From a virus (Duplodnaviria > Caudoviricetes): DNA of 58,253 nt. Within the stretch, counting starts at the first letter, position 1. Each line of letters begins with the position of its first letter. The stretch lies in the IMG/VR virus record IMGVR_UViG_3300044723_012229, positions 1 to 58,253 of that record. One strand, 5' to 3'. Below, one piece after another: positions 45,801 to 53,168 of the stretch. The notes beneath the pieces are model-generated. The model made no database searches. It saw nothing but the letters and a program-made list of their open reading frames with translations, and was not told where the DNA came from. The translations under genes and the position numbers were made by a program.

Positions 45801-47422
45801 CTACCTTTTTTTGTTCTCCTTGTGAGGTTGGGCCCAAATCCCTGTTGGTATAGAGTTGAGGAAGCCTGTTGAGCGACAGCGTTCAATGTTTTAGCTTCTG
45901 CTATTTGAGACTTTATCAAACCAAGAATAATCTTCTCTTTTTCAACCTTGGAAATATCTGTTCTCAACATCTCTTTATTAAGAGCCGCATTTTGAGAAAA
46001 TAAATTTACTAAAGATGTTTGTATTGACTGTTGTTTTTTTGCTTCGCTCGTAATACCAATCAAAGAACCAAGGCTTTCTCTAGTAAATTTAACAGCTTGA
46101 CCAAACAACTTAAAGAATACCGCAGTAAGAACAACCAAGCCTGGGCCAGATAGTATATTCCCAATACCGGCAAGAAAGCCGTTGGCAAATTTACTTCCAG
46201 CACTTTCTCCATCTCCAATCAAATCATTTGCCCCCTCCGCAAAGCTTTTAAAAGTATTTAAAATTTTCTCCATTCCGGGAGCAAGAACAACTTCGCCCAC
46301 TGCGGCGCTCATTTCTTTTAGAGCCAAACCAGTTTCTGTGGCTAGAGCAGAAACAGTATCTCTCAATTGATCATTTTTTTCAATTGCTTCATTGGTGGCA
46401 GAAGAAGAAATTTCAGTGGCTCTCGCAAGTATACCATTTTGCTTTGCAGCGTCACTCAAAACAGCCTTCAAGATATTGATCTGAAAAACGCCACCGACTG
46501 TTTGAGCTATTTGAGCTTTCTGAGATTCAGATAAACTATCGAAAGTGTTTGCGAGATCGGTGAGTATTCTTGTGGCATTGATTGTGTTGCCCTCAATATC
46601 TCTAACAGCAATACCTAGCTCTTCCAACTGATCAAGAGTACCCGTTCTGCCAACTCTTGTAAAAATAGTTTTTAGCGAGTTTCCGATTACCTTTCCGCCT
46701 CGAGCGGTTTGCTGTTGAGCGGCGGTCACCATGCCAACAAGTTCATCAATATCAACTCCAGCACTTTTTGCAGATTGACCCGTTCTAGCGATGGCGTCAG
46801 CAAAGTCTTCAGCGCTAACAGCAAACTGGACGTCAACCGCTGCAAACTTACTCACAAGTTCAGTTGTGTCTTTAATTTCTGAACCATAAGTATTCATTGC
46901 GGCAGTTAAAGCTTTTACCGCATTTGCAGAGTCCATGCCCGTCAGACGAGTAAGAATTAAAGCGTCTCGAGTTCTTTTTAAAGTTTCTTCTACAGATAAA
47001 CCTTGGCGAGCATATTCTACCGCTGCATCAGAAGCAACCTTAAATGCTTGTCCAGTTTCTTTAGCTGCATCAAATAATCCAGAAGAAAAAGCCTGGAGAT
47101 TATCTGTCGACAAACCCATAACTACATTTATATCTGCAAGAGCCTTTTCGACTTCAACTAAGTTAACGACCATAGACTTGAATGCATTAGAAATGCCGTT
47201 TATAATAGCCATACTGGCGCCAAACGCAAGAATACGAGCGTTGGCAGCCTCCATTGACTTGGTAAACTCATCTGCAGACCTGCGCATATTACCCAAAGGC
47301 TGAGTGGCACCTTTGTCATCTACGCTAACCTTTATTGGCTGTCGGCGTATTCTATTTACAGCCGCTTGTACCGCCGCTTCAAGCGGCTTGGTATTACCAT
47401 GTACGTCAAGATCTATACTCAT
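36857..47422 (-). CDS. Tail tape measure protein (TP901-type core) with large internal cassette region
   Basis: 3521 aa. N-terminal TMP core (VEKALADINVV...AAVEYARQG...GNSLKTIFTR), Gly/Ala hydrophobic segments, long coiled coils, C-terminal F/YxxGGxV and PAM(V/L)SDGEYV motifs. Confidence 0.95.
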   Translation of the reverse strand: MSIDLDVHGNTKPLEAAVQAAVNRIRRQPIKVSVDDKGATQPLGNMRRSADEFTKSMEAANARILAFGASMAIINGISNAFKSMVVNLVEVEKALADINVVMGLSTDNLQAFSSGLFDAAKETGQAFKVASDAAVEYARQGLSVEETLKRTRDALILTRLTGMDSANAVKALTAAMNTYGSEIKDTTELVSKFAAVDVQFAVSAEDFADAIARTGQSAKSAGVDIDELVGMVTAAQQQTARGGKVIGNSLKTIFTRVGRTGTLDQLEELGIAVRDIEGNTINATRILTDLANTFDSLSESQKAQIAQTVGGVFQINILKAVLSDAAKQNGILARATEISSSATNEAIEKNDQLRDTVSALATETGLALKEMSAAVGEVVLAPGMEKILNTFKSFAEGANDLIGDGESAGSKFANGFLAGIGNILSGPGLVVLTAVFFKLFGQAVKFTRESLGSLIGITSEAKKQQSIQTSLVNLFSQNAALNKEMLRTDISKVEKEKIILGLIKSQIAEAKTLNAVAQQASSTLYQQGFGPNLTRRTKKGRSAEGFVPNFAKTSTKDKFEEEEAAKEAGYKPGQVRSMRVPGEGDILYNTAETIKYFPGIKQPAIMPPSQTKAGSSYKQAFQDIHGFNPYEASGVDSADKSRNQKYVPNSYFKKVQRLRSREDLDISQDPETIIGSQNQRTPPKERQGSAEDSGSKNQTAPPQERRTQSDQQEGSKNQKTTPKEFAEPDEQKGSKNQTATPEERQLEPQEQTGSKNQKTPPKDRQITPEDQPGSKNQVAVDRRDDVDKLDLPEVESGSKNQTTPPQERQTLPEDQKGSKNQVAPPQERQQEQEQKGSKNQTSKIKITETEVSLASELSKSSDRENRDLFKKGFEKLNGKDSSESKTMFSDNKTRTKGIDPNKIIQGVDLNKASKNQTSPPQERQLFPDEQQGSKNQTVRKTQTDQQEGSKNQKTTPKEFTEPGEQKGSKNQTAAPQERQLEPDEKKGSKNQVDKEVQVDQQVGSKNQKTTPKEFTEPDEQKGSKNQTAAPEERQLEPQEQKGSKNQTDREAQVDQQVGSKNQKSAPQERQIPEEQKIGSKNQTTETSDRREDVDQLDLPDIKGGSKNQSSPPQERQIQPEDQKGSKNQITEPQERKFEVVERGSKNQRLKPYYQKDIKIYQTEKETPILSKIDQQNYRSGFEKINGSDAFNKRFEINRLKKDEEETDSLKKKPKPYALGYVPNFANSRNQRLVPKDRQEPDLFDYIFAEGFVPSPEKIERKEAVKSGYAPGAIKSMDIPGEGPVVYNSAEQVKTFPGMSQPAIMPPAKSRAGQAYQKEFGKVHGFDPYNSDGYIPNFALPAGLSNKQRNAIIEVADKGYGWTSGEAREILSNAWGKSPVPTQAILFEDYADDIGAKNFKQLQEHRVDIKATNKAVENAKAAMLVPPEAGSGIASYGTGDKRLSWPVYSLKTAGGKTVKTNLSEAISSSSKNIGLGYTNQIRALIGEEAVQMGVFEDEFTQAKGAKGGMNAAVGGIFETAVNAAVQYKPEPDDRSDVYGDFDVRSGAIGQLRRIFTDLPKINLADYKNSLSNSNKKSFYKKLINEFGVRETWEEDAVDEDGNPIKNKDGKKVKVTRSGAIPYTRKKYKLSDDLKEISPAFQKAARGYIPNFAANSWESEPKWKWSMNSDYIDFQKKKNLEELNKRINKFGNSNIKTTGKYSGYLPVARITDKETGTYTDFTYGKESGSTTNSASIIYSSRKDGVSVGDSSKKGGAFKNFGVIGDFTKKQGGKDPSIYSDFDQINVASGKTPWSMLLSSFPQLKQRIKPGMVTSGEMNIGYNSFPFNSLRSLKMQVSKWVNRNGLKAFLDYSQANLGYNEKNGILSGTSSGELFSIGGLRTTMLTRKDKNYLNDSRVGFSAEGHVPNFANPLSDAINREKAAGVPVNQIRVDAHSALVKKENPLGLGVTNTRDEPNGLRDVFGADSYVPNYAISDKIGPLTASSYASEMGEVKDSLLQLGTAIKEHYKIVKSNKEPLEIAKAKEKQLKEEKERVEKLKTSNKNRKKLQRIEADLATQSQKVSDLTKQSANAERNIVDTKTKIRAKKEQQLKLENSIGGAINRAGNSAAGKFSKKLGGMFSGDKGMMMMMGAPMAAGFLQEGGPGGGAGGAAYAAGGALTGASSGAMMASMVAPLAGPFAPLVTALGAATGGLIGLLGATDENAEAMRKSSLEFDKQRSKTTIQSAVSGFNAVKNDIFKKGQKDFEGNDIDYRMTSAKTFNVNTPTRLNASGKFVATGPRVVNGMKAQEEVELVFNTEEMQSIISDLDLDIQTHRGMLGMGSAIRPTTVQLDKYAGDETIDGAIEFAHKLKGLKDYGNIDEFRKDPHKDPELEELVDRIARHSEKGAQYVLDSLIKGGKILNEELTSAAKEDMVRVQEMTAERNDQLKTMGLTDLNKNYSMNEIIAQFGGSGFFDNQDDGKKVSMAQELYEDYLDLLPDTKEVSYKKQDGSKETKNVGDLKTELKALNAAGNEAEIIAILKSAGIEVGKLLENYTKQNNAVIIRLNLEQAMIRNAQLMFDEQMKIKRVYGSITDSLSNYERVMAGSMNKETKAKIAAAKAQVKLSQKYEEQLKKNEQTSVDELLKIAQGSNNLKSAIKINLAQDGGKPEKDVTDIEVNDALNAEFEKGADEFLKFLRTLTDASSNEGKALSNYEKNSALRNKQLIEGSKLDQNRLTIQSKINVELGKIADDASATAIKFKTAMDNLQHAASIRDIGYQRDQDNFQRPIADGKKRGLYRTKQEELDFYEKNTLPKQQADRITSFNQSTSTTAQKALNDMGLAGYYNEKDLESLQTEDVNSFSELGKEGTSSSFEELAKTAKEERTQKRLNELNTGLGVAGYTIEDGNEGGAISRLKTIVDDNTESIKLTKPDQDLSEDDKKSNQALESANALLAEQIEKLEEIKELKSKGGNLSDEEQQALSAAKSDLDNISERTKETLQSDKERLATLRQIDAFQRGSGAGYMVDGFRNAAKELRDQADYMDFKLGGDIAQNFASGMADAMQVAINGAEDLDDQLRQIGLNFLMAIQRAMLQSFANRIVGSMGFNTGGRVKERHNGGVIRTYTRGGKAFQTDQTIARYNDGGGVRKYSSGGMVPAMVSDGEYVMNRGAVSKYGTAFMHNLNSGIGIQQFAEGGDVGSHVSAGMKDTGKKYRKRNVSGFFLSGAAGNVALADDARDTQDEYNESMQKWREDQQKRYEKKAKKRALIGSLVSTVVMAGLNNAFDSISDTGTGKLTGAAKEAGLTNKSLENLGKDAVVAQNIDGSYKIFKNGITDDAISQGFIQSSPIANNKSFLQQANPFRGVFGGNKSQWNYSGSDYFQQQLNQPKTNFKYAMDWGSVYSQSLGGMIHNYNKGGHVSGKKGIDQIPAMLSDGEYVIKASSARKIGKANLDMVNAGKYYQGGAVGSSDDSGAFSDSKSSSANTNNINITVNVDSSGKSSSEKESKSASSGNEDVAKYKEMSERIKQQVVSVIVEEKRPGGVLSESR
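43980..45400 (-). repeat. Coding tandem repeat array (GSKNQ-anchored, mostly 15-25 aa units) in the TMP
   Basis: I count 20 exact GSKNQ plus GSQNQ and ASKNQ, with flanking KSRNQ/NSRNQ variants. They form two blocks, each ending in GFEK(L/I)NG. Codons vary synonymously. Confidence 0.95.
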
Positions 47423-47450
47423 TTTTCCTTATTCCTAGATAAGGCATATA

Positions 47451-47455
47451 TACAC
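47451..47455 (-). promoter_or_regulatory. GTGTA putative late-promoter motif upstream of TMP
   Basis: Minus strand reads aaatttgGTGTAtatatgccttatctaggaataaggaaaaATG. Confidence 0.6.
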
Positions 47456-47460
47456 CAAAT

Positions 47461-48447
47461 TTATCCTACGCCATGTAATTTCATTAAATCTTCCATATTT
47501 AAACTTCCACCCTTCTTCTTTACTTCCTCATGCAAATCAACACCTTTAGTTTTTTCTTTCACCCCAAGATACTCATAATCTTCCTTTTTGGCACCCACAA
47601 GGGTGGCTGCATCACCAGTTTGTAACTTCTGAAAAGCTTTATCTTTTTCTTCTTTTGATGAACCCCCGAATTCTAATAATTTTTTTGGATCAGATTTAAT
47701 ATGATCTGGTATATTATCATTAAAATCGAATATATTTTTAAACACCCTGGTGTATACTATCAATCTTATTTGATTGTATGTCAATTCACAAAATGGCTTT
47801 CCATAAAACTGCATACTATCTTCAGCAAAACTCAAATAAGGACTATAAAAATCCTCTAATACTGTATACTGTATACTTTCTTCGCTAAAATTTTCAAATA
47901 TAGAATTATACAACAACACAACATCTGAAATCTCATAGTCTTGCATATCATCAAATTTGTCTCCATCAAAATAAGGCTTATTCAATTCACGATCATAAAA
48001 AAAACTTTTAATCATATAAAAATCATTCATTCTATCTTTTGCATATTTTTCGCAAGTATTACCAATGAGGCTTTTCTTTTGTAATTCTTTATCGCGCAAT
48101 AATTTCTTTTCTTTATCTATTAAATCTTGCTGTTGATCTATTTCGCTCTTGAGTACCAGTTTGTTTTTGGCAGTATTTAAGCTTTTTATAAATTCTTTTT
48201 TATCTTCAATAAATTTTTCATCTTTTTCTGTCCATTGACTTTCTTCTGCAAGCATAGCAAGCATATCTTCTTCAGTAGGAACGCCTTTATTTTTAGCAAT
48301 ATTAAAATACTTCTCCTCTATCTCTTCAAGCTCTACTTGGTCGTGAGGAGTTAAATGTTTTACAAAAACTTTCTCAGAGTTCAGGGTTGACTCAGAGAAA
48401 CCTCGAACAACATCTCTAAATATTCTTCGACGCTTGGTCGTTTCCAC
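47461..48447 (-). CDS. Putative tail assembly chaperone (pre-TMP)
   Basis: 328 aa, charged and helical, GTG start, immediately upstream of TMP. Assignment is positional. Confidence 0.55.
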   Translation of the reverse strand: METTKRRRIFRDVVRGFSESTLNSEKVFVKHLTPHDQVELEEIEEKYFNIAKNKGVPTEEDMLAMLAEESQWTEKDEKFIEDKKEFIKSLNTAKNKLVLKSEIDQQQDLIDKEKKLLRDKELQKKSLIGNTCEKYAKDRMNDFYMIKSFFYDRELNKPYFDGDKFDDMQDYEISDVVLLYNSIFENFSEESIQYTVLEDFYSPYLSFAEDSMQFYGKPFCELTYNQIRLIVYTRVFKNIFDFNDNIPDHIKSDPKKLLEFGGSSKEEKDKAFQKLQTGDAATLVGAKKEDYEYLGVKEKTKGVDLHEEVKKKGGSLNMEDLMKLHGVG

Positions 48448-48451
48448 GACA

Positions 48452-49249
48452 CTAGATGTTACCTTGATCTATATCTTCGCTCAAGCTTTCTAGCTCATCT
48501 GAAGATGCAGAGCCAGAACTATAATACCAAAAACTAAATAAAGCAGCGACCTTGCCACCGATTATATCATAAATCTCATCGCCCTCTTCCTCCATGTCAT
48601 AAAAAACTTGAAGCTTGTGATCAAAAGTTTTGCCAGGAAATAAAGGCTCAATTGCATCCTCGTCACCCCTTTGGATATATGTTAAGTTTAATATATACCA
48701 CTGTATAACCTTATTTTCGGCACGCATATCAGCGGTATGATTGAAAAGATTTGCGTATGATGTTTCAATGTTGATTATATCCTTTCGCGTAAGAGCTATA
48801 TCTCCAGCGAGCGCGCCAATTTTATTTTTAAATTTTTCTGACTCAGGGCTAATTTGAAGCTTCTCTATTTCGTTCGACATTTCGCCGTACTTAATATACA
48901 TATTAGTTAACGACTTAGCGTCTTCCTCTGCAAGAAGCCCCCCCGTGTCGCTATACTTTTTTGCTAACATGGCTTTTGTGAGTATACCGTTTTTGATACA
49001 TTTACTCATCTCGACGCTAAATTCGAGCTCGGCTTCTTCTATTTGCCTTCGGCTAGGTTTTTTCATGATAACCCTGTAAGGCGTTAAGACTTCGCTTTCT
49101 TTCGTGACAGAAATCTCTTCTTGCTCTCCAGTTTCTGGATTGGTGACATTTTTAGTTTCTGTGTTTTTTACTTTTTCAGTCTTGTCAAAAGTGAAGCTGT
49201 AAATTTCTTTGAGTTTTTTTCTTGTTTGTTCTATAGTTTCCTGTGTCAT
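48452..49249 (-). CDS. Putative tail assembly chaperone
   Basis: 265 aa, acidic with a coiled coil; second gene upstream of TMP. Assignment is positional. Confidence 0.5.
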   Translation of the reverse strand: MTQETIEQTRKKLKEIYSFTFDKTEKVKNTETKNVTNPETGEQEEISVTKESEVLTPYRVIMKKPSRRQIEEAELEFSVEMSKCIKNGILTKAMLAKKYSDTGGLLAEEDAKSLTNMYIKYGEMSNEIEKLQISPESEKFKNKIGALAGDIALTRKDIINIETSYANLFNHTADMRAENKVIQWYILNLTYIQRGDEDAIEPLFPGKTFDHKLQVFYDMEEEGDEIYDIIGGKVAALFSFWYYSSGSASSDELESLSEDIDQGNI

Positions 49250-49254
49250 GATTT

Positions 49255-49542
49255 TTATTTAAAGATAAAGTGTGCTGTATAATTATCTAAATCTCCTTGA
49301 ATATTTCTAATTGTTTCATTACCAATATCAAGAATTCTTTTTCTTAAATGTTGAAGCTTTTCTTCACTAAAGTAGTCGGCTTGATCCACAACAGGCAAGC
49401 AGCCTTCTGGCAAATTATTTCTTAGCTTATCGAAATTAATTTCATGCTCTTTATGTAAGTCCTCAATCATAACGAGGAAACCCTTGAATAGGGAAACCGT
49501 ATTCCTTTGGCAACACCTTTTAAAAATGTCTTCTGGATCCAT
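49255..49542 (-). CDS. Hypothetical phage protein
   Basis: 95 aa, AAGG upstream of ATG, first gene of the minus-strand operon. Confidence 0.75.
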   Translation of the reverse strand: MDPEDIFKRCCQRNTVSLFKGFLVMIEDLHKEHEINFDKLRNNLPEGCLPVVDQADYFSEEKLQHLRKRILDIGNETIRNIQGDLDNYTAHFIFK

Positions 49543-49566
49543 ATAAACCTTGTACCTGCATTACAG

Positions 49567-49589
49567 TACACAAATTTTTTATTAGTGTA
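49567..49589. promoter_or_regulatory. Back-to-back divergent GTGTA motifs (TACAC-13nt-GTGTA)
   Basis: tacacaaattttttattagtgta in the 56-nt gap between divergent operons, one motif pointing at each start. Confidence 0.65.
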
Positions 49590-49598
49590 TCAATATAT

Positions 49599-50072
49599 AT
49601 GCAGCCATTTTTTAAAGATTACGAAAAACGCAATATTGCAGAGCAGCTTTTAGGTCTTCACGAAACATTCGGAAGAGATATTGTTGTATACAAAGAAGCC
49701 CGAAAAGTTATAATGAGCTCAGACCCTTCCTATAATTATTTATACGGAAACTCTGGAGATCAAAACGCTAGCGTGCAGTATCAACCAGTCAGAAAAGTTT
49801 TTAAGGTTAGGATAAAATACGAAAATAATCGAGATCTTGAATACATGGCAGAAGCAAACGCGCAACTCAAGCTTTCAAGAACAGGTGATAGTCTAGTAAG
49901 AATTAAATTCAAGATAGAGGATTATAACTACATAAAGGAAGCAAAAAGAATCGAGCTCGACGGAAGACTTTTTCATATAAACTCGGACCCAAAATTTCAC
50001 GGCCTTTTTGATGAAATACAATTTTGTACTCTATACTTAAAACCAATCGAAGCAGTAGCAAAAGGCTCGTAA
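49599..50072 (+). CDS. Putative head-closure / head-tail joining protein
   Basis: 157 aa with a beta-rich C-terminus (LVRIKFK...RIELDGRLFHINSDP); first of three genes before the tube gene. Function is positional inference. Confidence 0.5.
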   Translation: MQPFFKDYEKRNIAEQLLGLHETFGRDIVVYKEARKVIMSSDPSYNYLYGNSGDQNASVQYQPVRKVFKVRIKYENNRDLEYMAEANAQLKLSRTGDSLVRIKFKIEDYNYIKEAKRIELDGRLFHINSDPKFHGLFDEIQFCTLYLKPIEAVAKGS

Positions 50073-50680
50073 TGAAAAGATCTGCATTAAATTTAAAAAA
50101 AGAAATAAACAAAAAACTTTCAAAAGACAAGCGCCTGGAATCTGGAGTATATATACTTGCGCGTGACGCTTTTAATAAAGCCAAACAAAAACTATTAAAT
50201 ACATTTCTAGAGCATCCTGTAACCAAAGAGCTTAAAGGAGGAGCTTCGGCCTCTAGCTCGAACGGCTTGATCTCAGGAAACCTGTTTGGATTTATAGGAT
50301 TCGAAAGCAACTCAGATCCAGTTGGTCAACTTGAAAAATCATTAAGAATCCTTGATATAAACATATTCAGAAAGCGATCCGCACAAAGCCAAATCTCTTG
50401 GTCATTTAAAATAAACCTACCAACAATGGAAGAATTTTACTCGATGACGCCAATGCCCTGGGCTCAAGGAATGAGCTGGCTTAGAGAAATGGAAGGCAAG
50501 GGTATACCAAATTTAGCTCAATATATGAATGTAGAATCTGAACACAGTCGTTCTACCGCAGGTATAGAAACCTCGAGAGAAGGATCTTCATACCTCAAAA
50601 TAGCTTACATAAAACCCATGGTGCAACAATTCAAAAAAGATGTGGACAAAATTCAAACACGAATAATATCTATCAAATGA
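50072..50680 (+). CDS. Putative neck / tail-completion protein
   Basis: Basic ~202-aa protein. The likely start is ATG 50072 (MKRSALNLKK), overlapping the previous TAA (TAATG), rather than TTG 50024. Confidence 0.5.
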   Translation: MKRSALNLKKEINKKLSKDKRLESGVYILARDAFNKAKQKLLNTFLEHPVTKELKGGASASSSNGLISGNLFGFIGFESNSDPVGQLEKSLRILDINIFRKRSAQSQISWSFKINLPTMEEFYSMTPMPWAQGMSWLREMEGKGIPNLAQYMNVESEHSRSTAGIETSREGSSYLKIAYIKPMVQQFKKDVDKIQTRIISIK

Positions 50681-51528
50681 GACCTCAATTTCAACACGAG
50701 CTAACAACAAGCTTTATGCTGTGGGCAGATAACTACATATGCCAAAGAGCAGATGCGTTTTCTAATTTCACCACATCGTTTTTTGCAGACCACGGAGATT
50801 CCCGGCTTGACGAAAACTTAATAGGGTACAGCAGTCCCCACAAACAGTGGGTTTTTGATGAAAGTGTTGATGGCGCGATTGTTCCATCTGGAGTTTGGAA
50901 TGATGGAGAATTCTTGGGGCGGGGTGAATTTGGTTTAATGTTTGATTTTGACAACGGACGAGCTCTTTTCGACAAAAGCTTTGGTTACGAGAAAACCAGA
51001 GTTAGCGGAGCCTATTCCGTAAAAGATTTTAATTTTTATATCACAAACCAAACAGAAGAACAGTTGATCATTGAAAGTAAATTTGACGTAAACTCTAGAT
51101 TCCGTCAAGACTTTTCGGGCATTGCGCCTTATAGCCAGGTTGCTCCAGCAATTTTCGTGAACCCTGAAATGTCCCAAAATACTCCTTATGCGTTTGGAGG
51201 TCAAGATAAAACAAAAACAGAAATAAGGGCTGTGGTCATGTCTCAAAACAGTTACCAACTTGATGGAGCTCTTTCTGTGTTCGCAGACTCAAAGCATGAA
51301 GTCTTCAGCAAGCTTGGATTCGACGACTACCCTTTAAACGAAGTTGGGGACGCGATCGGCTTTAACTACCGAGAGCTTTCAGAGCTATCTAAATCACACG
51401 AACCATTTTTCCTAGAAGATGTAAGAGTTTCAAAGTTGAGCGACAGAATTACAAAGAAAGTAGACCCCTCTTTGTTTGTTGGTTTTATTGATTTTGAAAT
51501 ATCTAATGTCAGGTATCCGAGATCTTGA
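50677..51528 (+). CDS. Putative tail terminator protein
   Basis: 283 aa, ATGA overlap, directly precedes the tube gene; PAIFV...EIRAVV...GFIDFEI pattern. Confidence 0.5.
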   Translation: MRPQFQHELTTSFMLWADNYICQRADAFSNFTTSFFADHGDSRLDENLIGYSSPHKQWVFDESVDGAIVPSGVWNDGEFLGRGEFGLMFDFDNGRALFDKSFGYEKTRVSGAYSVKDFNFYITNQTEEQLIIESKFDVNSRFRQDFSGIAPYSQVAPAIFVNPEMSQNTPYAFGGQDKTKTEIRAVVMSQNSYQLDGALSVFADSKHEVFSKLGFDDYPLNEVGDAIGFNYRELSELSKSHEPFFLEDVRVSKLSDRITKKVDPSLFVGFIDFEISNVRYPRS

Positions 51529-51589
51529 AGTTCCCTTTGATAAATAATAAATGTAATCTTAAATTAGCATAACCTAAACACATTTCAAT

Positions 51590-53104
51590 ATGAGTAATAA
51601 TATTAAATCCCTTCAGGGCAGAGCACGAGTAATTTATCAAAGCGAGGCGTTATACGCAGCGGTAGTTGATGCGACAGGGTATCATTTTATGATGTCTTCT
51701 GACGGTTTTACCAATAAAACCGGAGTAGGATGTAAAATAACTGATACAGAATATCTAGAGAGAAAAGAAGAGTCTGGCTTTGAGCTCAGAACTGGACTTC
51801 AACAGCTTCAGCGCGTACAAAGCGCAAACTACAGTTTTTCAATCAACAGGCAGGATGTTAATCAATTTGGTCAACTCGCAAGAATTGACGCGGTTGCGAT
51901 AGACCCACCTACAGTCAACTTAGATTTTTCTTATTACCTTACTAACGGTTTTAATGAAAAAATTCTTGGCTTTGACGTGAGCGGAGAAAAATCTGCAATC
52001 ACTGATGAATTTATCGATGGTTCAGCATCAGAAATGGGCGGACCTGACGGAAAAAACTTTTTTATACTAACAACCCCTCAAGGTAGCGATGCAGTAAACA
52101 ACGAAAAAGATGAAGACGAAAAAAGTGTTATTGCTGTAGGCAACGGTTATGTAACAAACTACTCAGTTGAAGCTGCAGTTGGAGGCATGCCGACAGCAAA
52201 TGTTACCGTTGAAGGATTAAACATTCGTTCTTATATTGGCACAGAAAACCTACCATTACCTTCGGTCAACACCAATTTTGGCACACCTATCGACGAAATT
52301 GAATTCAGTGTTCCTGCGGCAGCAAGTGGAGTATTGAACGACTCGGATGATAATTCTTTAGAAGATCCAAAATCTGACGGTTGGTCTTGTTTACGCCCTG
52401 GAGATATTTCATTGTCTCTCGGTCAAGACGGAAGGGCTTCTCTATTTGAAAACCTTCCCTCTGATTATGTTGATAGCGACAAAGGTGGAGACACTCCTCC
52501 GCACGATTATATGCAAGGATCTGCTCACATTCAAAGTTTCTCGATAGACATTCCTGTAGGCAGAACTCCGCTACAAAGACTCGGAAGTCCTTATGGATAC
52601 ACCCGAGTTGTAGATTACCCAATCAATGTAACTGTTAGCGTTAGCGCAATACTTGCAGATCTCAAAGAAGGCAATGTCGCAGACCTTATATGGGATACCG
52701 AAGAACACGACTTAGTCTTTACTCTCCGAGAGCCAAATCCTTATGGCACAGGAGATGTAGCAATGCAGTATGTTGTTAAGGGTGCGTTACTTGAGTCCGA
52801 GTCCTTTAGTTCCAGCATTGGAGACAACAAAACAGTTGACCTTACATTCAATGCTCAAATTGGCGGGCCAGAAGATGATGCTCGAGGAGTGAGAATTCTT
52901 GGTTCCAGAAAAGCTACGAATGCAACATGGGAAGCAGACAACCTTCTTTCTGTTAGACCCGCCCCTCCTACAGCCGTAAGCTATGATTTTCCAAGTCATG
53001 AACATACCGCTGGAGCAGATGGAACTTTAGGTACTGACGATGACCACAACCCTCACATTGACGGAGGAATTTATCCAGAAGGAGAAGCGCCTTATAGCTC
53101 ATAA
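51590..53104 (+). CDS. Major tail tube protein (tandem tube domains)
   Basis: 504 aa, acidic and beta-rich. LQRVQSANYSFSINRQDVNQFGQ is echoed by HIQSFSIDIPVGRTPLQRLGS in the second half. It follows the neck genes and ends at a strong terminator. Confidence 0.75.
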   Translation: MSNNIKSLQGRARVIYQSEALYAAVVDATGYHFMMSSDGFTNKTGVGCKITDTEYLERKEESGFELRTGLQQLQRVQSANYSFSINRQDVNQFGQLARIDAVAIDPPTVNLDFSYYLTNGFNEKILGFDVSGEKSAITDEFIDGSASEMGGPDGKNFFILTTPQGSDAVNNEKDEDEKSVIAVGNGYVTNYSVEAAVGGMPTANVTVEGLNIRSYIGTENLPLPSVNTNFGTPIDEIEFSVPAAASGVLNDSDDNSLEDPKSDGWSCLRPGDISLSLGQDGRASLFENLPSDYVDSDKGGDTPPHDYMQGSAHIQSFSIDIPVGRTPLQRLGSPYGYTRVVDYPINVTVSVSAILADLKEGNVADLIWDTEEHDLVFTLREPNPYGTGDVAMQYVVKGALLESESFSSSIGDNKTVDLTFNAQIGGPEDDARGVRILGSRKATNATWEADNLLSVRPAPPTAVSYDFPSHEHTAGADGTLGTDDDHNPHIDGGIYPEGEAPYSS

Positions 53105-53138
53105 ATAGCTCGCAATAGGATTATAATTACTTATTAAT

Positions 53139-53168
53139 AAAAAACCCGCCCAAGTGGCGGGTTTTTTT
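53139..53168. terminator. Bidirectional intrinsic terminator
   Basis: aaaaaa-cccgcc-caagt-ggcggg-ttttttt between convergent genes. Confidence 0.92.

Noticed and set aside
20498-47422. Inteins or introns explaining the giant ORF sizes
   Set aside because: I recognised no intein splice-junction blocks, LAGLIDADG/HNH homing endonuclease motifs or frame interruptions. Size is explained by repeats and inserted modules, though an HMM scan would be needed to be sure.
48400-48520. Lambda G/GT-type programmed -1 frameshift between the two pre-TMP genes
   Set aside because: No X-XXY-YYZ slippery site is seen near the end of the 265-aa ORF, and the downstream ORF is in the +1 frame with its own GTG start.
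50024-50071. TTG start at 50024 for the 218-aa ORF
   Set aside because: ATG 50072 couples to the upstream stop (TAATG) and avoids a 49-nt overlap.
1076-53104. Contractile injection system, tailocin or gene transfer agent
   Set aside because: No sheath, baseplate wedge or VgrG/PAAR spike is recognisable. The tip genes are lambda M/L/K/I/J-like and the TMP is very long.
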